Shown here piece by piece: positions 17,677 to 25,132 of a stretch of DNA of 26,204 bases. Made by a program: the position numbers and the translations under genes. The DNA is from a virus (Duplodnaviria; Caudoviricetes): IMG/VR virus record IMGVR_UViG_3300043932_000200, positions 1-26,204 of that record. The stretch is one strand, 5' to 3'. Within the stretch, counting starts at the first letter, position 1. Each line of letters starts with the position of its first letter. Below the pieces are notes generated by a model, which was not told the DNA's origin, did not search any database, and worked only from the letters and a program-made list of their open reading frames with translations.

Positions 17677-19578
17677 TTAGAAACTAAAATCATTTTTGAA
17701 ATGATCATTGATCTGATCGTTAGTCATATTAGCAAATGGTGTATTATCTTTAGGATTGAAATTAGGATTAACTTCTGAAAAATGAAACATTGCCTGGCTA
17801 AATGCATCGATTGTTGCATCGACAAAATCAATTTTGCTGGTGGCTTTGTCCTTATCAACTTTGATGCCATTATTATCGACCAGCAAAATAGCATTTTTCA
17901 ACGAGTACAAAATAACTGGGTCTTTTAAATAACTAATATTTTGCATTGATAACTGCTTTCGAAACTCTACTGTCGGTCTGTTCAAACTGCGTGTGCCCTG
18001 ACGAATTGGAATTAAATTCCAATCTGTTTTCTGTTCTAAACGTAAAATAATTTCTTCTGTCGACCAGGTATCATAAGCAAAAAAATTCACTTTCAATTCA
18101 TTATCGATCACAAAGTTCATTAGCCAGTCAAAAATAGCATCATCGTTGATATAACCAAACTTATTATCAGCAATATCGGCAAAGCCTAACTCAGCAGCAT
18201 GCCGATAATTAATGCCATCTTGTTTTTCCTTGATGTTGATATTATTCTGCGCCCGCGCTAGTGGTACCCAACTATGCTGATAAACAAAAAACATATTCTT
18301 ACCTTGTTGGGTGTATGGGAAAATAAAACTTAAAGCAGTATCATCAGAAAAATTAGACTTATCAAAACCGATATAAACTTCACGCCCTTTAAAAGTGATC
18401 GGTAACTCCGAAACCACTGCGTCATTAATATCATCTAATTCTAGATAAGTGTTTTCTTTAACCTGTAGCCACATATTCAAGTTTTTATTCTGAAACTCAG
18501 CTAAAGTCCCGTTTTCTAATTTTGTATCACGTTCTGAAATCATGCTTTGTAACATCGAATCATGTTTCTGTTTAAGATTTAAAATTGGATTTGACTTAAC
18601 CCACGTCTCTGGCTGCTCAGTCTCACTTAATTCATCCTGTTCCCAAACCATACATAAATTATCATCAAGTGTGCGATCATAGTCTTTTTCCATCGCTTCC
18701 TGTAACATACGCTCGTCGGCGTAGAATCCTGAATTAGAGTCTGGATAAGCTGTTGAAATCTGAATAAATTGACTGTCAAACGTCTGCACTTGCCCAGAAG
18801 TTATTTTGCCGCTATTGTCCTTTATTTTAGCAATCGATTGGTTGTCACCAGCCTCATCAGAAACAATGGTCTTAAAATGAAACGAATCTAGTTTCCCAGA
18901 TTCATGTGACAAGCGCATCATTTTATTTTGTGTTAGACCAGAGCGAGCTTCATCATTGATCACACTGATTTGTTCACGCTTAAAAATATCTCTGAATGCC
19001 GGCATCTCTTTTAGATAGTTAAAAGTGGTGGCCAGATAACGCCAACCTTTTTTAGATTGAGATGTAACTGGCGCAATATAACCCAAGTCTTGGTTATATG
19101 CTCCATCGCATTCAACAAGAAAAGCGTAGGTCAGCAAAATATTATCAAGATAGGTTTTACCATTGGTCCGGGCAACCGATAAATTAACCCGCTTAAATCG
19201 TTTCTCGCCATTTTCGTCCCGCCATCCCTGACACTTACAAAGAATAGCCTGTTGCCACAACATCAATGGTAGCGGTTGTCCCGTATCAACATCAGGACAA
19301 AGCTTTGAAAAGTTCAAAATATTACGGCATTTAGTTAATTCGTAGGTGTAACGAAAATTAGTATCCTCATCAATACGCCGAAGATCCTGTAAGTGACGAA
19401 ATGAATCCAGTTGAATCATATAACCAGCAACAACGCGTTCTTCTAAAACCATCCAAGAATATACTGTAGCTGGATCACGATACTTTTCTAGAATATTAAC
19501 ATAACAGCCTTTATCTCGTTGTTGTTGATATGCTTGAAAGACATTAGCGCCTTTTTTAGTTAGATCAATTACATCCAC
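17677..19578 (-). CDS. terL: Terminase large subunit
   Basis: Walker A VARTNGKT, Walker B IVSDE, coupling motif ISTA, WVKSNP, nuclease acidic residues GFDKSNFSD and KIDFVDA. Confidence 0.96.
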   Translation of the reverse strand: MDVIDLTKKGANVFQAYQQQRDKGCYVNILEKYRDPATVYSWMVLEERVVAGYMIQLDSFRHLQDLRRIDEDTNFRYTYELTKCRNILNFSKLCPDVDTGQPLPLMLWQQAILCKCQGWRDENGEKRFKRVNLSVARTNGKTYLDNILLTYAFLVECDGAYNQDLGYIAPVTSQSKKGWRYLATTFNYLKEMPAFRDIFKREQISVINDEARSGLTQNKMMRLSHESGKLDSFHFKTIVSDEAGDNQSIAKIKDNSGKITSGQVQTFDSQFIQISTAYPDSNSGFYADERMLQEAMEKDYDRTLDDNLCMVWEQDELSETEQPETWVKSNPILNLKQKHDSMLQSMISERDTKLENGTLAEFQNKNLNMWLQVKENTYLELDDINDAVVSELPITFKGREVYIGFDKSNFSDDTALSFIFPYTQQGKNMFFVYQHSWVPLARAQNNINIKEKQDGINYRHAAELGFADIADNKFGYINDDAIFDWLMNFVIDNELKVNFFAYDTWSTEEIILRLEQKTDWNLIPIRQGTRSLNRPTVEFRKQLSMQNISYLKDPVILYSLKNAILLVDNNGIKVDKDKATSKIDFVDATIDAFSQAMFHFSEVNPNFNPKDNTPFANMTNDQINDHFKNDFSF

Positions 19579-20105
19579 TAAAAATCATCCCCTTGGTTCA
19601 GCAGCTCGGCCAAGCTAGGTGCATCACTATTATCTGGTGGTGTAATAGAAAGCAACTGAGCACGGCTTGCTGGCGTTAAGCCTAACGCCTCAGCTAGCGT
19701 TTTGACCTTTGATGTAGCACTATCCAAAATTTGTGTACTAGGATTGCGCTTAATACCCATAAAATCTTTAGCAACAACATCCCCCGTTACTGGATTAACC
19801 ACGGTACGATATATTTTCGATACTTGATCATTAATCAAAATATCCTTATAGGCATCAAGCATCAATTGATAATTAATACAAAAGAGTTCCACTGTCTGTT
19901 TGTCCGCTTGTTTGACCCATTCAGTGGAATTCAAAAGCGGCACCACTTTAGTCCATGCTGTCCGCGCGGCGCCATGTAAATACCGTGGCGGCGTTGACTG
20001 CAGTTTCGTCATGTCCTTAGTATCTTCCACTAATTTTTCTGTGCGCCGCCGCTGATCAGCGCGGTCATTGGGATCATTAGTTAATTTTGGTTTGCGACCA
20101 GCCAC
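19578..20105 (-). CDS. terS: Terminase small subunit, P27 family
   Basis: PPRYL...A...W, KRNP and LGLTPASR motifs. Confidence 0.93.
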   Translation of the reverse strand: MAGRKPKLTNDPNDRADQRRRTEKLVEDTKDMTKLQSTPPRYLHGAARTAWTKVVPLLNSTEWVKQADKQTVELFCINYQLMLDAYKDILINDQVSKIYRTVVNPVTGDVVAKDFMGIKRNPSTQILDSATSKVKTLAEALGLTPASRAQLLSITPPDNSDAPSLAELLNQGDDF

Positions 20106-20132
20106 CTAAATCACTTCCTTAAAATTTTTGCC

Positions 20133-20170
20133 AAAAGAAAAGCCCTGAGATTCATTCTCAAGACTTTCCT
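20133..20170 (-). terminator. Intrinsic terminator-like hairpin upstream of terS
   Basis: Minus strand AAAGTCTTGAGA-ATGAA-TCTCAGGGCTTT followed by TCTTTT. Confidence 0.55.
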
Positions 20171-20262
20171 GGGCCCCCTATGAAAAAGTTTTTAAAACTG
20201 CACACGCATCAGACTTTATTTCCTATGCGTACGCTCTCCCTCAGCCTAGATGGGGCGGGGCT
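20171..20262. other. Probable cos / packaging region
   Basis: Non-coding gap between HNH and P27 terS, bounded on the minus strand by CCCCGCCCC and AAAAACTTTTTCATAGGGGG. The HNH-terS gap is the usual cos location in HK97-like cos phages; the exact cut site cannot be determined. Confidence 0.55.
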
Positions 20263-20281
20263 ATATCAGCATTTCACTCCT

Positions 20282-20776
20282 TTAACGTGACTTTGGCTTT
20301 GATTTTTCTTTGAGTACTTTCAGCCACCATTCACGTTGCAGATGTTGCAGCTTTTTATCACCATTTGGCTGTTTTGCAATCGATTGTTCTAATTTAGTCT
20401 TCACGTTATGATGCTGACGTGATAAACACCAAAGATTCGCCGGATTCAGGGCTTCATCACGGTTCAGTAATCGTCTAGGCGTGATATGATCAACAATCAG
20501 CGCTCCGTCAGACAATACCTCATTACTGATTGCATCAGTGTAATAGTCGCGTGACTTAACATAGTTGCTGACTTCACGCCAAGCTTTACTGTGATAAAAA
20601 GTATTAACAATTGAATCACGTTCATAGAGATTGTACTCTTTGTTTGCTGCCAGCTTATCAGTTCTCGTCTGTGTATGGAACGGTTTATGTAGTGGTGCAT
20701 GCACCTTGCAATAGCGTTCACTGATTGGAATAATAGTCTGACAGAATGATTCTGCACAGCGATGAACTCTTGGCAT
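20282..20776 (-). CDS. Terminase-associated HNH endonuclease
   Basis: N-terminal C-x4-C...C-x2-H, FYHSKAW, RD...VDHI.P...NLW.L...HN.KT; directly upstream of terS. Confidence 0.9.
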   Translation of the reverse strand: MPRVHRCAESFCQTIIPISERYCKVHAPLHKPFHTQTRTDKLAANKEYNLYERDSIVNTFYHSKAWREVSNYVKSRDYYTDAISNEVLSDGALIVDHITPRRLLNRDEALNPANLWCLSRQHHNVKTKLEQSIAKQPNGDKKLQHLQREWWLKVLKEKSKPKSR

Positions 20777-20780
20777 TCGA

Positions 20781-21608
20781 TCACCTTTCTTTTAGCTTGT
20801 TTTCAACAAAGAACAAACGTTCATAGATTCCATTTACTAATCGATAGCGCTCAGGCTTCGGCGCATCAGACCAGTTATTAATGAGTTTAGTTTGGTTGAT
20901 GATGCCTGGCACATTGCCCATTAAATCTTCAACATAATCCATATACTTAACTATGACTGCCTGAAAACCAGCATCCGAATAGGTATCAGCTTCTAGCGCA
21001 GTAACAATTTCTAGTAGAACTCTTTTCTCATCAATCAATAATTGATCGTTCTTAGAGCAGATTACACCTTGAAATCGCTGACGGTGATTCTGACAGTATT
21101 TCTCAGCATTGCGTAATTTGGTAGCAAACTGCCGTGGTGTTTGACCGAACCGCGCCATCGTTTCTGTCTTACCATGTAACAGTACCGTGATTACCCAAGA
21201 CTCAGTTATCTTATTAGTAAATAAATGCTTTGCTCTAATCAGTTCAATGACCTTATCAATTTCAAAATGATTCGGCTCTTTTAAATCAATCACATAATCT
21301 TCTGCAACTTGCTTAAGCTGAGCCATCTTCAATCGTTCACGACCACGTTCCGTAAAGTAACGCCGGATAATATCGTGGCGAACAAAGGTGCACTGCCAGT
21401 TGATTTGGTTATTATTGCCCTGGCTTAGTTGCGCTAACCATTTATCAGCAGCCGCATGATTCAACAGCCGCTGGTTCATTAGCTCATCTAGCAACATGCT
21501 ACTACTCTCTTGATCAGTAAGCCCCAAGACATTACTCAGTTGATGAGCATTAGTCTTAAAAGACCGCAGTTCATAAATCTCGTTTATTAAAGTTTCAGCG
21601 GCACCCAT
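20781..21608 (-). CDS. Hypothetical helical protein, candidate late-gene regulator
   Basis: Long ORF at the early/late junction. Start moved to ATG 21608 (GAGGAG 8 nt upstream). Function inferred from position only. Confidence 0.6.
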   Translation of the reverse strand: MGAAETLINEIYELRSFKTNAHQLSNVLGLTDQESSSMLLDELMNQRLLNHAAADKWLAQLSQGNNNQINWQCTFVRHDIIRRYFTERGRERLKMAQLKQVAEDYVIDLKEPNHFEIDKVIELIRAKHLFTNKITESWVITVLLHGKTETMARFGQTPRQFATKLRNAEKYCQNHRQRFQGVICSKNDQLLIDEKRVLLEIVTALEADTYSDAGFQAVIVKYMDYVEDLMGNVPGIINQTKLINNWSDAPKPERYRLVNGIYERLFFVENKLKER

Positions 21609-21623
21609 CTGCACCACTCCTCG

Positions 21624-21694
21624 TGATATAATATTTTTAGGATATTAATACCAACAGGTAGCTGCTGTGCAGGCAAATGCATGGCAGTTTTTTT
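21624..21694 (+). ncRNA. Candidate small antisense RNA unit (extended -10 promoter plus terminator)
   Basis: TGaTATAAT at 21624-21632; hairpin CTGCTGTGCA/TGCATGGCAG at 21662-21687 followed by T7; no ORF between them. Confidence 0.5.
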
Positions 21695-21953
21695 AGTTCA
21701 ATTTACGTGTTCCTAAAACCACATAGCCTTCTTGTTGCTTGTAATCAGTAACAAATGTAATTGCAACATCTAGTGGCTGGCCATATTTTTCTAAGCCATT
21801 CCATTTTCTAAGTCTGATCCAATCACCGACATGATAATCACGATCATTTTCTCTAATTTCAAAGTTTTTAAGACCCATCAATTGCGCCTCAAAATATTCT
21901 GGTTCAATCTTCAACTCATGAATTTTAATGCCTGGCAAATTAGCCACCCCCAA
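21693..21953 (-). CDS. DUF3850 / ASCH-like domain protein
   Basis: HELKIEPEYF...G.KNFEIR.NDRDY.VGD...L..W...GYVVLG signature. Confidence 0.85.
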   Translation of the reverse strand: MGVANLPGIKIHELKIEPEYFEAQLMGLKNFEIRENDRDYHVGDWIRLRKWNGLEKYGQPLDVAITFVTDYKQQEGYVVLGTRKLN

Positions 21954-21955
21954 AC

Positions 21956-22198
21956 TTATTCTTTAATTTCAATCCATTTGAAAACCTTTATCGCTAAAAT
22001 GGCAAATACCGAAACAAAGCCACAGCTAAATACCATTGACGAAAGCATTTTTAAATTTTCAAGAGCAAAATAATAACTAGGAACAATATCTCCCTTTCCG
22101 ATTTGTACGTGCCATACAAAACCAAAATAAAATGCCACAATTGTGATCACTATCATAATGAAATAAACAATATTGAGCCGCTTAATATTTAAATTCAA
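21956..22198 (-). CDS. Small two-TM membrane protein, AT-rich
   Basis: TTG start with GGAAGGA RBS; two hydrophobic helices. Confidence 0.6.
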   Translation of the reverse strand: MNLNIKRLNIVYFIMIVITIVAFYFGFVWHVQIGKGDIVPSYYFALENLKMLSSMVFSCGFVSVFAILAIKVFKWIEIKE

Positions 22199-22280
22199 CT
22201 TATCCTTCCTCTCTAGAATGACTTTTTATTTTGTTACACGAGTAGCATTCAAAATGGCCTTTACCAAGTAGATAAATCAC

Positions 22281-22310
22281 TGTGCTATATTATTATTACG
22301 AAAGGAGGTG
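22281..22310 (+). promoter_or_regulatory. Extended -10 promoter and RBS of the plus-strand moron
   Basis: TGTGcTATATT at 22281-22291; AAAGGAGGTG at 22301-22310. Confidence 0.65.
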
Positions 22311-22317
22311 AACAATT

Positions 22318-22512
22318 ATGAAGTTTTTTAAAGAAGATAAAATTACTTCTAGCGGAAACGCAGTGACATTTTTAATACCCACAGCGAATAGAATCCGCCT
22401 TTCTCAAGAACCTGTTGAAATACGGGTAAAAGCCTTTGGTGCGGACGATAGTGATTCTGAGCCATTTATGGTAGTTCCATATCACAGTTTGTCGATTCTG
22501 CACCAACTATAG
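22318..22512 (+). CDS. Moron-like hypothetical protein (64 aa), opposite to the phage operon
   Basis: Near-perfect RBS 7 nt upstream, own promoter and own terminator. Confidence 0.8.
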   Translation: MKFFKEDKITSSGNAVTFLIPTANRIRLSQEPVEIRVKAFGADDSDSEPFMVVPYHSLSILHQL

Positions 22513-22516
22513 TTAC

Positions 22517-22545
22517 AAAGTCAGCTTTATTTGGCTGGCTTTTTT
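22517..22545 (+). terminator. Intrinsic terminator of the moron
   Basis: AAAGTCAGC...GCTGGCTTT stem running into a T tract. Confidence 0.7.
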
Positions 22546-22560
22546 CATACATTTTTATCA

Positions 22561-22785
22561 TCAATCACGCCAGTCATCCACTATATCACCTGGTGGAACA
22601 TCCAGTGCATTGGCCAGTACTGCTAAGGTTCCGATGGTAATGCCACGAACTCCTTTACCCGATAAAACTGAATTGAGCGTGCCAACAGAAAACCCAGTAA
22701 TTTCCTGTAGTCCATCGATTGACATCCCTTGCTGATGCATAAAGAATTCAGTGTTTTTGGCCACCGTATGTTTAATATCCGTCAT
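22561..22785 (-). CDS. Cro/C1-type (XRE) helix-turn-helix protein
   Basis: GMSIDGLQEITGFSVGTLNSVLSGK...TL..LANALDV pattern. Confidence 0.85.
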   Translation of the reverse strand: MTDIKHTVAKNTEFFMHQQGMSIDGLQEITGFSVGTLNSVLSGKGVRGITIGTLAVLANALDVPPGDIVDDWRD

Positions 22786-22960
22786 ATGAATGCTTCACCT
22801 CAATATCGGTAGTCAACGCCCGGCGCAGAGCCTGCTCAAAATTCCAAGCGTCCGAATCTACAAACTGTAGCAATCCATGTGATTGTTCATTTGCCCGTCG
22901 CTTGGCGAGCATGCGCCGTCTTTTTTTCTTGATTACAGATTTTTTTCGATGTTTCTTCAT
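22772..22960 (-). CDS. Hypothetical protein with highly basic N-terminus
   Basis: AAAGGG RBS; overlaps the next gene; MKKHRKKSVIKKKRRRMLAKRR. Confidence 0.6.
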   Translation of the reverse strand: MKKHRKKSVIKKKRRRMLAKRRANEQSHGLLQFVDSDAWNFEQALRRALTTDIEVKHSYDGY

Positions 22961-22990
22961 GATCTAAATTCATCCCTTTATGATAAATAG

Positions 22991-23221
22991 TTAAAGCGGT
23001 CGATTTCGTATCGGAGTAACATCTCGTTCAAAAAATTCCTGTTTCTTTTGATCGCGATCCAATAGCACTACAACTAATCGTTTTCTATTCCAGCCTTTTC
23101 TCGGTTCGCGTAAATTAATCACAGTACCCATTTGACCTTCAGTAACCGTGTCGCCTAAAAAAGTAATTTCTGGAACTGAAACCGTATCGCCAACTTGAAT
23201 ATCTTTTGCCATGAAAATCAC
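22991..23221 (-). CDS. Hypothetical small beta-barrel (SH3/KOW-like) protein
   Basis: IQVGDTV...G.V...VVV...F...DV pattern; coupled to the rep stop; start may be ATG 23212. Confidence 0.6.
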   Translation of the reverse strand: MIFMAKDIQVGDTVSVPEITFLGDTVTEGQMGTVINLREPRKGWNRKRLVVVLLDRDQKKQEFFERDVTPIRNRPL

Positions 23222-24036
23222 TCCCGTATAAATTCCGACTTAAGCCACATATTTAGATAAATATGCCAGCCAGTCAGTTCATAATATTTGAATTTTATTT
23301 CTACGATTTTATAGCGCGGATATTGTTTTTCTAACTCTAGCCATGCAGAATCATGATGACTTGCATAACGTTTGATCTTAGCAATGGAGAATTTAAAATC
23401 ATTGGTACGACTAACTGGGCGTTGCAAATTGCGACTTGATGACCAGCGTTTACGTCCTTGCGGGTCTTTGGTGATATAACGAGTCAATGCTTCAATACCG
23501 TTTCTGCCTACCTGAATACGATCAGCGTTGACCCAGCCCAACGATATCTTGCCTTGTCCTTTGATCTGTTTTGCCCAAATGGCTTCCACTTCATCCCGAC
23601 TCAATCCGCCATTCATAATAATGTGATGATGAATCCGTTTGACGAACTCACCAGCATCATCCTTTTTGAATTCAGTTACTAGGATATATTTCAGTGCCGA
23701 TAAGCCGGCTTTCTTCCGCCGATAATCTACCCGCCGTAAAAAGTTGCGTACCTCTTTTTCGGCATCTGCTACTGTAGCCGGTAGAAATTCATCCTTATAC
23801 GTACAAGACACATGGAGATCACCTTCACCAAAGTTGCCATTACCTAGCTGCAGTAAATAACGCTTGGCATTCTTATCATTCAGGTTACGTTGCTTAGGCG
23901 CTGACTCCCGCTGCTTCTTTGAGCGATGACCTCTACCTGCACCACGTTCTGCCTCTACTGTCCGTGGAATAATGTCCACCTCTGCATACTGCTTACCACA
24001 CTCAATGCGCTTCTCCCGATAAAACATGCTATACAC
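23218..24036 (-). CDS. HUH-superfamily rolling-circle replication initiator-like protein
   Basis: Motif I HVSCTY (~23797-23814), motif II RIHHHIIMN (HHH at 23623-23631) and motif III YITK (23467-23478), followed by RW..SRNL..P. Confidence 0.8.
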   Translation of the reverse strand: MYSMFYREKRIECGKQYAEVDIIPRTVEAERGAGRGHRSKKQRESAPKQRNLNDKNAKRYLLQLGNGNFGEGDLHVSCTYKDEFLPATVADAEKEVRNFLRRVDYRRKKAGLSALKYILVTEFKKDDAGEFVKRIHHHIIMNGGLSRDEVEAIWAKQIKGQGKISLGWVNADRIQVGRNGIEALTRYITKDPQGRKRWSSSRNLQRPVSRTNDFKFSIAKIKRYASHHDSAWLELEKQYPRYKIVEIKFKYYELTGWHIYLNMWLKSEFIRE

Positions 24037-24132
24037 CCATTTCTGACCTTCGTTAGAAAGATAATACCCAATACAAGCTCGCTAAACGCCTGCCATGCTC
24101 TTAATAAAAAGAGTGTACTGACAGGCGTCTAT

Positions 24133-24232
24133 TTGCTTTTTTAGTCAGAAATGCTATAGTTAGCTTGTGATGTGACTAAAAATACGAGTTGTATTTTCAT
24201 TAGCAAATGCCGTTAACATTTGCTATTTTTTT
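24133..24232 (+). ncRNA. Candidate antisense RNA unit in the rep leader (promoter plus terminator)
   Basis: TTGCTT (24133-24138), 16 nt spacer, TATAGT (24155-24160) with a TG extension; hairpin AAAATAC/GTATTTT; terminator TAGCAAATG/CATTTGCTA (24201-24225) followed by T7. Confidence 0.6.
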
Positions 24233-24248
24233 GCGCTTTTTTTGCAGT

Positions 24249-24401
24249 TCAATTGCCCCAAAATCCAGACCAACCGTGCCGATAAATCTGCTGAAACGTT
24301 CTTGCAATGGCAATACCGAGCAACACGCCTAAAAATATGCCAACAAATAAATCAGCAGCATGGAAAGCAACTACCTTGCTACCCGCACTTAAGTAAATCA
24401 T
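24249..24401 (-). CDS. Small single-TM membrane peptide (50 aa)
   Basis: Not in the ORF track. GGAAAGGA RBS, then MIYLSAGSKVVAFHAADLFVGIFLGVLLGIAIARTFQQIYRHGWSGFWGN. Confidence 0.65.
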   Translation of the reverse strand: MIYLSAGSKVVAFHAADLFVGIFLGVLLGIAIARTFQQIYRHGWSGFWGN

Positions 24402-24405
24402 CTAA

Positions 24406-24696
24406 TCATTCCTTTCCAAATTTCTTTAAGAATTCGCGAATTTCCTTGTGATAACGTGGAATATTTCTTTTTCCATCTGTCACTTCAAACTTCAAACCAT
24501 TAGCAATCACATAAGGGTCATTATCAATATGAGTTCTAATCCAATAATCACTTTTTATTTTTGTGATCTGTTTGATGTCATCACGAGTCAACCATTCTTG
24601 CTCTAGATGCTGGTCATAGTATTTTTTAAGATATTGCTTAGCCATTTCAACCAATAAATCATCATTGAAATTAATGTTTGCTACTGCTGTCGCCAT
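24406..24696 (-). CDS. Putative winged-helix / excisionase-like (DUF771-like) protein
   Basis: WLTRDDIKQITKIKSDYWIR...IREFLKK pattern; start moved to ATG 24696. Confidence 0.55.
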   Translation of the reverse strand: MATAVANINFNDDLLVEMAKQYLKKYYDQHLEQEWLTRDDIKQITKIKSDYWIRTHIDNDPYVIANGLKFEVTDGKRNIPRYHKEIREFLKKFGKE

Positions 24697-25132
24697 GTTC
24701 TTCCCCACTTTCTTCATTTGCTTGTTCAATCAATTGGCTTAACTCGAAGTCTGGTTGCCAATGCTGGTAAAACTGCATCGCTTTATCATACTGATTGGCT
24801 CGTGTCTCCTGATAAGCAGCTACACCAAACTTTTGACGATATTCCACCATGATTTCGCGAAACACACGACTAGATAAATCACGTTGCAAATATGCTGGCG
24901 CTTTGAATCCGCCACATAAATTAACGACTCGTTTGCGACGCTGTTTTTCTAGTAGCCGGTTCTGATAGGTGCGTAATGGTTGATCATGCTCCAGCTTCTT
25001 AAAACGGCGATCAAGTTCATCAAATTGACCACTCAATTCCTCAATTTGCTTAATTAAAATTCGTTGTGCACGTGACGAATACCGTGCTATCATTGCTGGC
25101 GTAGCAGATGTCTCAACAAGTTCATCCTTCAT
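24671..25132 (-). CDS. ORF6C-domain (antirepressor-associated) protein
   Basis: KRVV.LCGG..APAY...VF......F.V..Y......Y.KA......WQP signature; start moved to ATG 25132 after GGAGAGG. Confidence 0.75.
   Translation of the reverse strand: MKDELVETSATPAMIARYSSRAQRILIKQIEELSGQFDELDRRFKKLEHDQPLRTYQNRLLEKQRRKRVVNLCGGFKAPAYLQRDLSSRVFREIMVEYRQKFGVAAYQETRANQYDKAMQFYQHWQPDFELSQLIEQANEESGEEHGDSSSKH

Noticed and set aside
23218-24036. HUH protein read as an IS200/IS91 transposase or an inserted plasmid
   Set aside because: It is translationally coupled to the next phage gene, and no IS ends or plasmid genes are evident.
24242-24451. Plus-strand 69-aa ORF
   Set aside because: Starts just after a plus-strand terminator with no RBS; the minus-strand 50-aa ORF is better supported.
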